Source: Promethearchaeota archaeon (lineage in GTDB: Archaea > Asgardarchaeota > Lokiarchaeia > Sigyniarchaeales > SOKP01). Taken from it: 16,082 bases of DNA. Below, piece by piece: positions 8,728 to 16,082 of this stretch (position 1 is the stretch's first letter; the number at the start of each line of letters is the position of its first letter). The DNA lies in assembly GCA_016839765.1 (NCBI GenBank), contig JAEOTP010000033.1, positions 1-16,082 of the forward strand, given 5' to 3'. Position numbers and translations under genes: made by a program. The notes under the pieces are model-generated. The model was not told the origin of the DNA. It made no database searches and saw only the letters and a program-made list of their open reading frames with translations.

Positions 8728-9009
8728 TTATAAACTTTTTCTTTCCCATCTCTCAATTATTTCAAATGAATTTTCTATGTGATCTTTAATAACAGTATAG
8801 AGCTCATCATAATTATTTCTTATAATATGAGTGATGAAACGTAATAAAAAAGCATTATTTATAAATTTAATAAGGCTTTCTCTTTGTTTTGGAATTAAAT
8901 TATCCCAAATCTTCTTAATATAATTGATGCGTCTATTCTTTTCCTCAATTAATTTATTAATAAACCACTCTTCAAAAGAAGTTAAGTTTCTAAATAAATA
9001 TCCCATCAA
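8728..9009 (-). CDS. Small hypothetical helical protein
   Basis: 93 aa ORF filling an otherwise empty gap; TTG 9009 or ATG 9006 start; TTTAAATA TATA-like box about 25 nt upstream; no family recognised. Confidence 0.6.
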   Translation of the reverse strand: MMGYLFRNLTSFEEWFINKLIEEKNRRINYIKKIWDNLIPKQRESLIKFINNAFLLRFITHIIRNNYDELYTVIKDHIENSFEIIERWERKSL

Positions 9010-9090
9010 AAATGTAATGATTATGACTCTATTTAAAGTATCATTTTCACAAAACTATTTATAGTAATACTTCAAACAAGCTTAAAATGG

Positions 9091-9103
9091 AAAAAAAAAA
9101 AAA
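9091..9103 (-). terminator. T13 tract, candidate archaeal terminator of the fasciclin gene
   Basis: 13 A on + strand, 25 nt past the minus-strand stop at 9129. Confidence 0.5.
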
Positions 9104-9128
9104 TAATAGGTAGCCACTTAATGAGATT

Positions 9129-9530
9129 TTAGGAAGGTAATATTACCTTATCAATAACATGAATGATCCCGTTATCAGTTTCTATATCTGCGTTAATAAC
9201 GGTTGCATCATTTACTTTTACTCCATGAGTGGCATCTATAGTAATTTCCTGTCCTTGTAGAGTTTTTACCTTCATAGTCCCTGAAAGGTCAGTCGATTTC
9301 ACTTTTCCTTCGATTCCATGATATAAAAGGATTCCTTTTAATTTTTCAGGTTCTTTTAATAAGGAATTCAGAGTTTCAGAAGGAATCTTAGAAAAGGCAT
9401 CATCAGTAGGAGCAAATATAGTAAATGGTCCTCCAGTTGATAATGTATCTACAAGGCCAGCAACTTCAGCAGCTTTTAGTAAAGTTGAAAAGCTACCAGC
9501 TTCTTTCGCTACTTCTACAATATTTGGCAT
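9129..9530 (-). CDS. Single-domain fasciclin (FAS1) protein without signal peptide
   Basis: H1 FTIFAPTDDAF, YH motif, H2 NGIIHVIDKVILP. Confidence 0.95.
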   Translation of the reverse strand: MPNIVEVAKEAGSFSTLLKAAEVAGLVDTLSTGGPFTIFAPTDDAFSKIPSETLNSLLKEPEKLKGILLYHGIEGKVKSTDLSGTMKVKTLQGQEITIDATHGVKVNDATVINADIETDNGIIHVIDKVILPS

Positions 9531-9783
9531 ATTTAATAATACTCCATATTTTTAATTTTTATTTAGCATTAAAATTTAAGAAGATATACTATTAATAAAT
9601 TCCAATTATAAAGTATTAATAGCAAATTTTTGGAAAGAAGACAAATTTTCCCCATTTAATTATCCTCCTTTTACTAGATTTAAGTTTTACGACAAAATAC
9701 ATTACTTAATAATAATTTGAAAAATAAACTGAAAATTAATAACTTATAATTTAGTCTATATTTAAAAATAACATTGGAAAAAT

Positions 9784-10479
9784 ATGAAATTATTAGGATT
9801 AATTGGTGGAATGAGTTGGGAAAATACTATTGAGTATTATCGGGTTATAAATGAAATAATAAAGTCTGAATTAGGTGGTTGGAGTTCAGCAAAAATCTTG
9901 CTCTATTCTGTAAATTTTGATAAAATTTTTTCTTTACAAAATCAAGGAAAATGGAATGAAATTGCCGAAATTATTATTGATATTAGCAAGAGATTAGAAT
10001 CCGCAGGATGTTCATGTATAGTTATGTGTTCTAATACTATTCATAAAATTGCTGATGATGTAGAACGGGAAATTTCAATCCCTTTGCTTCATGTCATTGA
10101 TGAAACAGCAAAAGTTATAAAATTAAAGAATATAAGTACTGTAGGTTTGTTAGGCACCAAATTTACAATGGAGGATGGATTTTATGTTAATAGATTACAA
10201 GGCAGCCATAAAATTAACGTAAATTTACCAGATAAGGAAGAAATTAATTATATTAATGAAGCTATCTATATGGAATTTGCTCAAGGGCAATTTTTAAATT
10301 CAACGAAGTCTAAATTTTTACAGATTATTAATAAATTAAAAATTAATGGCGCTAAAGGAATCATTCTCGGGTGTACAGAAATTCCACTGCTAATTAATTC
10401 AAAAGATGTTGATATCCCATTATTTGATACGTTAAAGATTCATTTAGAAGCAGCTGTAAAATTTGCTTTATCTAAATAA
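9784..10479 (+). CDS. Aspartate/glutamate racemase family protein (YgeA-like)
   Basis: GLIGGMSWENT, CSNTIH, GLLGTKFTM, ILGCTEI. Confidence 0.92.
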   Translation: MKLLGLIGGMSWENTIEYYRVINEIIKSELGGWSSAKILLYSVNFDKIFSLQNQGKWNEIAEIIIDISKRLESAGCSCIVMCSNTIHKIADDVEREISIPLLHVIDETAKVIKLKNISTVGLLGTKFTMEDGFYVNRLQGSHKINVNLPDKEEINYINEAIYMEFAQGQFLNSTKSKFLQIINKLKINGAKGIILGCTEIPLLINSKDVDIPLFDTLKIHLEAAVKFALSK

Positions 10480-10588
10480 TTTTTCTTTGACTTTTGCTCC
10501 GCTTATTACTCCCAAAACTCCTCAAGCTAATGCTAAATTGAAAGTTAGTTCAATTATAAAATAATTAAAAAATATTCAAAAAAAATAA

Positions 10589-11578
10589 TTAAAAATCTAT
10601 ATTTTGCCCTATTCCTTTTTCTAAGGCTCTATCATACACAAGTTTTCCAACAGCAACATCTTGAGCACTGATTCCAACAGATTTAAATACGGAAATTTCT
10701 GAATCTGAAGTTCTTCCCGGTTCTTTTCCTGTTATAATATCTCCTATTGAAATAATATCATTTTCAGTTATAATTCCCTCACTTATCGGAATTAAATAAT
10801 CCCCAGCTTCAGCTAAACATGCTTTCTTTAATCCAGCAACTCGTAAAGAAGCTCGTTTAATTATTATTGAATCTAATTCTCGAGATTCTGGAGCGTGTGC
10901 ACCTATAGAAGAGATATGGGTACCCTCGACCACCTTATCCCCCATGAAAAGTGGTATTGTACTTGTAGTTGCAGCAACAATAATATCAGTATCAGATAAA
11001 AGGTCATCGCCTGAATTAGTAATTTCAACATTTATTCCTAATTCACTTTCAATTTCATTTTTAAATTCTTCAGCTGTTTCTTTTTTTAAATCAAATACTT
11101 TACATTTTTCTAATTTTCGATTTAATCCCCAATAAACTCCATGTACTTGTTTTCTTGCTTGTACTCCAGCACTATATATTCCTAATGTCGTACTATCCTT
11201 TCTTGCTAAATATTTAACTGAAACTCCAGTAGCAGCTCCCGTTCGTATTGCTGTAATGAGGCTTCCATCCATAATACCTACAATATCGCCAGTATTTATA
11301 TCTTGGACCATAACTTTTGCTAAAACTGTTGGCATATTATACTTTTCAGGATTTTGTTTGTATACTGATACTATTTTAGTTGCTAGAGCACTCATTTCGC
11401 CACCAATAATTCCAGGCATTATTAGTGTCAATCCCGGAGCAGGATCTGTTATTGCAATTCGTTGAGGAACAATCGCATTACCTAAAGTTAATTGTTTATA
11501 AGCTTCCTCAACATATTTCAATGCATCTTGCATTGTGAGTAAACTCGCAACATTTTCTTTTGTTAATATTCTTACCAT
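10589..11578 (-). CDS. Ornithine cyclodeaminase/mu-crystallin family protein (archaeal alanine dehydrogenase or ketimine reductase-like)
   Basis: ITAIRTGAA, SAGVQA, HISSIGA, RELD, VFKSVGISAQDVA. Confidence 0.92.
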   Translation of the reverse strand: MVRILTKENVASLLTMQDALKYVEEAYKQLTLGNAIVPQRIAITDPAPGLTLIMPGIIGGEMSALATKIVSVYKQNPEKYNMPTVLAKVMVQDINTGDIVGIMDGSLITAIRTGAATGVSVKYLARKDSTTLGIYSAGVQARKQVHGVYWGLNRKLEKCKVFDLKKETAEEFKNEIESELGINVEITNSGDDLLSDTDIIVAATTSTIPLFMGDKVVEGTHISSIGAHAPESRELDSIIIKRASLRVAGLKKACLAEAGDYLIPISEGIITENDIISIGDIITGKEPGRTSDSEISVFKSVGISAQDVAVGKLVYDRALEKGIGQNIDF

Positions 11579-11676
11579 TTTGAAAAATCAACTTCTTTTT
11601 ATTAAACAGATTCTATAATCTTGATTTCATGCAGTGTGAAATTATAAAATTCAAGGAAATTTAAATCTAAACATTT

Positions 11677-11934
11677 TTAAAAATTTACAATTTTACTATC
11701 CCTCTCCATATTATTTGAAAACCTCTTATTTATCCAAATTGCATACTGAATTCTTGTTAAAAGTAAGAGCCCAGCAAGGAATAATCCTATCCCAATAGCT
11801 AATAGAAATTGAAATTCTTTTTCCCCTATTAGCCTAAAAAGTATAAGCCAGATTATTAGTATTATTATTGCTATAATTATAATTAGAAATGAAATCTTCC
11901 TGATTTTTCTATTTACTCTATCGAATTCTTCCAT
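11677..11934 (-). CDS. Small two-TM hypothetical membrane protein
   Basis: 85 aa; two hydrophobic stretches flanked by basic residues. Confidence 0.6.
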   Translation of the reverse strand: MEEFDRVNRKIRKISFLIIIIAIIILIIWLILFRLIGEKEFQFLLAIGIGLFLAGLLLLTRIQYAIWINKRFSNNMERDSKIVNF

Positions 11935-12014
11935 TAATTAAAATTCAAGAAGATTTAATTTAATAATTTCATGATTATAATTCAATATTTAAAGTTTTAA
12001 ATGGTAGAAATAAG

Positions 12015-12434
12015 ATGAAAGAATTAAAGACCAGTTTGCATCATGCTCATCTATTTGCATCAAACGTGGATGAAAGTATACGTTTTTATGTTGAAATGTT
12101 TGGAGCAGAAATTCTTTTTGATTTAAAGATGGCAGGAGCTCGAAATGTTATGATAACAATTGGAACATCAAAAATTAATTTCTATGATCAACCGCCAAAA
12201 GATACAGGAAGAGGGGCAATTCATCATTTAGGCATAGAAACTGATGACCTTAAAGGTCTTGTGGCACATATGAAAAGTAAAGGATATAAGTTTAGAAACC
12301 AAATTAAAAGTTTTGGACCATTGAAGTATGTTATGGTTGCGGGTCCAGATAATGTGCTTTTTGAGCTTTTTGAAGTTATAAAAGAAAAAGTTACTCAGGA
12401 GCAATACAATTTAATCTCATCTTTAGTCATCTAA
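12015..12434 (+). CDS. VOC/glyoxalase family protein
   Basis: LHHAHL, SIRFYVEMFG, IHHLGI, GPDNVLFELFE. Confidence 0.9.
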   Translation: MKELKTSLHHAHLFASNVDESIRFYVEMFGAEILFDLKMAGARNVMITIGTSKINFYDQPPKDTGRGAIHHLGIETDDLKGLVAHMKSKGYKFRNQIKSFGPLKYVMVAGPDNVLFELFEVIKEKVTQEQYNLISSLVI

Positions 12435-12441
12435 AGAATTA

Positions 12442-12466
12442 TAGGTATAAATTTTAGGTATAAATT
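12442..12466. repeat. Tandem direct repeat TAGGTATAAATT x2
   Basis: Copies at 12442-12453 and 12455-12466 between convergent stops. Confidence 0.6.
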
Positions 12467-12501
12467 AAAAAAAAAGGATTTCTTAAATTTAGGTTGTTAT
12501 T

Positions 12502-13545
12502 CTATACAGAATATCTTTGGTTAATATTTGTCTGAAATTGAATATGAGGTCTTTGATGAGCTTGAGCTTGATATCCGCCTCTTTTTGAGACTAAATAAAA
12601 TTGCGCCATGGTGCCGTTATGTACTAGCGTTATACCGCGCCATTTGTTATCATTCGAGTTAAACTCAACTACATTTCCAAGTCCTATTCCTTCTCGAGTA
12701 GAGAAGTTAAAGGTTAGCTTCTGCAAAATGCTAATAATTTCATCATGATAATCGTTTGAATTTTCCTTAAATGGTTTATCTTTAAATCTTAATGCTTCAA
12801 TTGCAAAAGCTTTAAAGATATCATTACTCATATAGTTCCATGCATAAGAGTTAGCGTAAAATTCAATTCCAATAAACTCTCCATTTATAAATACTGCTAT
12901 TCCGCATTGATTTTCGACGTTCTTAAAGTTATTAATGATTTTTTCAGTTTGTTTTTCAGATATTTTCGTCATTTCGAGATAACTTTGAGTAGGTGCTACT
13001 TTCATGGCGTACTTCATCTCGGCTCTATGAGACTGAATCTCCCCCCAAACTGCTGCTTGACCACTTGCTGAAATTGCCTCATAAGCAACATTTGGGTGAA
13101 TTCTCATTTTTGATGATTTGAAGCTTCGTCCTTTAGTGTAATTCCAACGTGACTGTTCTACGCATTTTGCAGGTATAGTATATTTTTGTTTGCCTTTTCC
13201 TGGGTTTCCACTTAATACCCTTTGCTTACCTCCTACTGGGAGTAAAATAGGTTCCCAAATTGTACGGTCCTGCTTTCCACCATGGACAGTCATTCCAAAT
13301 GGAATTAATATTTGCTTTTCGCTCTTGTTTATAACTTCTAATTGACTTACAGCTTCAGTTTCAATTATTTCTATTAATCCAGATTCTTCTGCTTCTTTAA
13401 TACTAATAAAATCTATAAATTTATCATCTTGAATAATAATGGGTATAACAGTCATATTTTCATAAGCTTGAGGTGTCCCTAATTTAAGAAAACTTAATGG
13501 ATTTTTAAAAATTGACTCAACAATTTCAATACTTTCACTTTTCAA
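12502..13545 (-). CDS. ARPP-1 (DUF6569) family protein
   Basis: NMTVIPI, VSQLEVIN, GGKQDRTI, CVEQSRW, QAAVW, NQCGIAVFING motifs; TTG start 2 nt after the regulator stop. Confidence 0.8.
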   Translation of the reverse strand: MKSESIEIVESIFKNPLSFLKLGTPQAYENMTVIPIIIQDDKFIDFISIKEAEESGLIEIIETEAVSQLEVINKSEKQILIPFGMTVHGGKQDRTIWEPILLPVGGKQRVLSGNPGKGKQKYTIPAKCVEQSRWNYTKGRSFKSSKMRIHPNVAYEAISASGQAAVWGEIQSHRAEMKYAMKVAPTQSYLEMTKISEKQTEKIINNFKNVENQCGIAVFINGEFIGIEFYANSYAWNYMSNDIFKAFAIEALRFKDKPFKENSNDYHDEIISILQKLTFNFSTREGIGLGNVVEFNSNDNKWRGITLVHNGTMAQFYLVSKRGGYQAQAHQRPHIQFQTNINQRYSV

Positions 13546-13547
13546 AT

Positions 13548-13967
13548 CTAATCTTCCTCCAATTTATTATTTCTAATAATTTTTTTTTCTCCGTGGTTAG
13601 GCATTTCCTCTTCATAGAGAGGATCAACAAATTGATTAACAATCTTCTTGCCGTTTTTCGTAAGTTCAACCCCATAAGAGACTTTAAGTTTTCCTTTTTT
13701 ACTCAAACCGTTGATTCTTGTACCCCTTTCCACTTGAAATTCAGTATCTGTTAATTCTTCTTTATGCGTTTTAACTAAACCTCCTTTTTTAAGAGCATTC
13801 AGATGGTAATTTAGGTTTTGCTTTTCTATTCCTATATTATCCGCAATATCTATTGGCCTTTGAGACTTTTCAGAAAGTTCTTTCATGATATCAACTCTTA
13901 CAGGGCTCCGAAATACAAGCCCAACCTTATCGAAAATTGGCATTTTCTTTTCTTTTTTTTTAGCCAT
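13548..13967 (-). CDS. ArsR/SmtB-type winged-helix transcriptional regulator
   Basis: RSPVRVDIMKEL...DIADNIGIEKQNLNYHLNALKKGGLV; extended wing; YGVELTKNGK. Confidence 0.85.
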   Translation of the reverse strand: MAKKKEKKMPIFDKVGLVFRSPVRVDIMKELSEKSQRPIDIADNIGIEKQNLNYHLNALKKGGLVKTHKEELTDTEFQVERGTRINGLSKKGKLKVSYGVELTKNGKKIVNQFVDPLYEEEMPNHGEKKIIRNNKLEED

Positions 13968-13982
13968 ATAATCACATCATTA

Positions 13983-14025
13983 ATAGTAAAAACTTTTTTT
14001 ACTATAAAAATTTTTACTGTAAAAA
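13983..14025. promoter_or_regulatory. Overlapping inverted/direct repeat array, candidate operator of the ArsR-ARPP-1 operon
   Basis: ATAGTAAAAA-CTT-TTTTTACTAT (13983-14005); tandem TTTTTACT(A/G)TAAAAA at 13996-14010 and 14011-14025. Confidence 0.6.
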
Positions 14026-14201
14026 TAAATATTCATTTGCATATTTAAATGTTTGTCTTTTTCATTAATAATTTCAGGTTTGAAAAGGAAAATTAATAGA
14101 AATGAAAAAAAGAAATTAATTTTAAATGGATTAAAGAAGGGATACTCTTTCTATTCTTTTTATTCATATAATTATTAAAATTAAAGGTATAAACTTAAAT
14201 A

Positions 14202-14444
14202 TTATTGTTGTTCATTTGAATTAAGTTTTTTAAAATAGTGATTAATTAAAGAGCAGCCTCTATTATTCTTACCATCTTTATACCCTTTCCCATCGCATAA
14301 GTGGCAGAGACACTTCCAATAAACAAATTTTTTTCCTTGGTAATAGTATTGAATCTGCTCACAAAGATTTTTTGCGATATGCTCAGGTATTGGAACTGTT
14401 AAAGAATCTATATAAAATGAATATAATAGAGTCATAATTATCAA
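14202..14444 (-). CDS. Small Cys-rich hypothetical protein (start uncertain)
   Basis: IPxxxAxxLCxxI ... CLCHLC ... NRGCxLIN; 5 Cys; the real start may lie downstream of 14444. Confidence 0.6.
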   Translation of the reverse strand: MIIMTLLYSFYIDSLTVPIPEHIAKNLCEQIQYYYQGKKFVYWKCLCHLCDGKGYKDGKNNRGCSLINHYFKKLNSNEQQ

Positions 14445-14505
14445 ATAAATGAGATTAATATTAAATCATCTCTGGACCAATTTTTAAAAATGCTTTTATT
14501 CAGCT

Positions 14506-14523
14506 AAAAAAAAAAAAAAAAAA
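14506..14523 (-). terminator. T18 tract, candidate terminator of the heliorhodopsin gene
   Basis: 18 consecutive A on + strand, 17 nt past the stop at 14541. Confidence 0.55.
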
Positions 14524-14540
14524 GAAAATTTTTAACATAT

Positions 14541-15386
14541 TTAACCTGTCGGAGAGAACACACCTGCAAAAACAAGCCATGCTAGAAATGTTTTTGAAAC
14601 AAGACTTAATAACTGATATACTCTTTCGCCATATAAGTAATCCTTCCATTTACCGACTCCTTTATATTGAAGAATCATGTTAATTGCGAACGTATTAAAG
14701 AAAAGCAATTCAATTCCATAAATCATATAAACAAACCAAGGAATTCCGGGTCCAACAGAAACATCGGTATTAATAAAGTATGCGGTGATTACGATCCATG
14801 GTACTGCTCCAGCGATCACACCCAAATAGTAGGGTGTCCAATTAATCTTCTCTTTTAATTTCCTTGTGTATACGTTATAATTCTCCATAACTAATCCGAA
14901 CATATTCATTAGAAAATTAGAAACAAATATCATAAAAAGAGACCAAAAATCAAGGACACCGAAAAACAATGCAATCAAAAAAATCATAACAGAGCTAGAA
15001 AAAGCATATTCAAACCAACGTATTTTATTAACCCCTCTTTTTAGATCCCTTACATATTTTTTGTTTAGGGGATAAGCGATCAAGAAATGTGCTAACGCAG
15101 ATAATAATAGAAAGGTTCCAACAAGCGCACCTAACGCAGTGAAGGTGAAAAATACTTCTATAACTGGCCCAAAAGTAGGTGGAGGTCCAGGATCAAAATT
15201 TTGATAAAAGGTATAGATATCTGCCGAAAAGCCTAATTGGGGTAAGAATCCGAATATAACCATCAGTAAACCCTGAATTAAATGCAAAAAAAACATATTC
15301 CGATTGAATTTCCTTAGATAATCGAAAGAAATATCAGATTTTGGGATTAACCACTCATCTTTTAAATCATTATCAGTAGAGTTCAT
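14541..15386 (-). CDS. heR: Heliorhodopsin
   Basis: 281 aa, 7 TM; LRKFN...LHLIQG, SALAHF, RWFEYAFSSSVM (counterion Glu), GLVME, GERVYQLLSLVSKTFLAW (SxxxK retinal lysine). Confidence 0.96.
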   Translation of the reverse strand: MNSTDNDLKDEWLIPKSDISFDYLRKFNRNMFFLHLIQGLLMVIFGFLPQLGFSADIYTFYQNFDPGPPPTFGPVIEVFFTFTALGALVGTFLLLSALAHFLIAYPLNKKYVRDLKRGVNKIRWFEYAFSSSVMIFLIALFFGVLDFWSLFMIFVSNFLMNMFGLVMENYNVYTRKLKEKINWTPYYLGVIAGAVPWIVITAYFINTDVSVGPGIPWFVYMIYGIELLFFNTFAINMILQYKGVGKWKDYLYGERVYQLLSLVSKTFLAWLVFAGVFSPTG

Positions 15387-15409
15387 ATTTCAAAAAATGA
15401 GAACTTCAT

Positions 15410-15441
15410 ACTTAAAATAATTCTATAAAAATTATAGATCT
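15410..15441 (-). promoter_or_regulatory. Shared upstream element, copy 2 (heliorhodopsin promoter): TATA-like box plus palindrome
   Basis: ACTTAAA-AT-AATTCTATAAAAATTATA-GATCT; perfect TCTATAA-AAA-TTATAGA at 15422-15438; minus-strand TTTAAGT lies 24-30 nt before the ATG. Confidence 0.65.
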
Positions 15442-15487
15442 GTGGTGAGCTTTTGTTTTAAAAACTATGAAAAAATTAATTGAAATT

Positions 15488-15505
15488 AATGTTTAATAAA
15501 ACATT
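15488..15505. promoter_or_regulatory. Palindrome in the divergent heR / ATP10-like intergenic region
   Basis: AATGTTT-AATA-AAACATT (7-4-7). Confidence 0.35.
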
Positions 15506-15693
15506 GTTTAAAATTTTTAAATTTTAAAAAATAATCGGCATTCGATCATCTCTTATTAAATTTTTATCCTTATTTCAATTACTTAATATTTCATTATGCG
15601 ACTCCTTAAGTGCTTTCATTTTGATCTATTAAATAGTGATAAATAATGAACAATAAAAATAATTTTATAAAAACAACCTTTAAAGATGCTAAA

Positions 15694-16082
15694 ATGAAGT
15701 TTCCAGAAGTTTCAGGATCTAATTTAGAATTTAGAGAGTATAACATACCATATGATTTAGATGGTCAATATAATATTATTATAATCCCTTTCTGGCGTTC
15801 GCATCAAGTACTAGTGGACCAATGGGCTACTTTTTTAAATACTTTAACTAAAAAGTACCCTGATTTAGAGTATTACGAAACTCCCACTCTGAGTATAGGC
15901 TATAAAGTAATGAGATTTATGATTGATGGCGGAATGAGGGCTGGCATACAAATTAAGAGAATAAGGGAAAGAACAATAACACTGTATATTAATAAAAGAA
16001 AATTTAGAAATAAATTAGATATTCCAACTGAAAGAACTATTTCTCTTTTTTTAATAAACAGAGAAGGAGATATTTTATGGAG
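15694..16082 (+). CDS. Edge-truncated thioredoxin-fold protein, ATP10-like prokaryotic family
   Basis: Open to the window end: MKFPEVSGSNLEFREYNIPYDLDGQYNIIIIPFWRSHQVLVDQW...YETP...FMIDGGMRAGI...RTITLY...LFLINREGDILW; TTTATAAA box at 15664-15671; not in ORF track. Confidence 0.7.
   Translation, partial: MKFPEVSGSNLEFREYNIPYDLDGQYNIIIIPFWRSHQVLVDQWATFLNTLTKKYPDLEYYETPTLSIGYKVMRFMIDGGMRAGIQIKRIRERTITLYINKRKFRNKLDIPTERTISLFLINREGDILW

Noticed and set aside
10944-11465. + strand ORFs 10944-11135 and 11256-11465
   Set aside because: Antisense shadows of the cyclodeaminase-family gene.
12442-12466. Tandem 12-mer as CRISPR or mobile-element trace
   Set aside because: Only two adjacent copies with no spacers or cas genes; likely slippage.
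13512-14048. + strand ORFs 13512-13754 and 13818-14048
   Set aside because: Overlap the ArsR/ARPP-1 genes antisense; Phe/Ile-rich composition reflects AT bias.
9020-14438. 14-mer ATTATGACTCTATT at 9020-9033 with an inverted copy at 14425-14438
   Set aside because: Short and AT-rich, so plausible by chance; no transposase or evident target duplication supports an element boundary.
14667-14858. + strand 63-aa ORF
   Set aside because: Antisense shadow within heliorhodopsin.

Overview
Very AT-rich (roughly 30% GC by eye) prokaryotic window. The gene repertoire, TATA-like boxes about 25-30 nt before starts, TTG starts and poly-T tracts after genes suggest an anaerobic archaeon, most plausibly Asgard/Lokiarchaeia-like (inference, no marker gene present). 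It is a patchwork of mostly minus-strand accessory genes: DUF6125-like protein, RNase HI, PPOX/F420-type protein, DJ-1/PfpI, a clear trans-4-hydroxy-L-proline dehydratase (HypD) with a short insert-less activating enzyme and an adjacent 7Fe-type ferredoxin, MFS transporter, aldo-keto reductase, fasciclin, YgeA-like racemase, ornithine cyclodeaminase family protein, VOC protein, an ArsR + ARPP-1 operon, a small Cys-rich protein, a heliorhodopsin, and two edge-truncated genes missing from the ORF track. The most notable unannotated signals are a ~31-bp palindrome+TATA element shared by the heliorhodopsin and aldo-keto reductase upstream regions 6.8 kb apart (candidate regulon), an operator array before the ArsR/ARPP-1 pair, and an orphan 3' fragment of an SDR gene. 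No RNA genes, CRISPR arrays or mobile elements were seen. Family calls come from motif recognition, not database searches.
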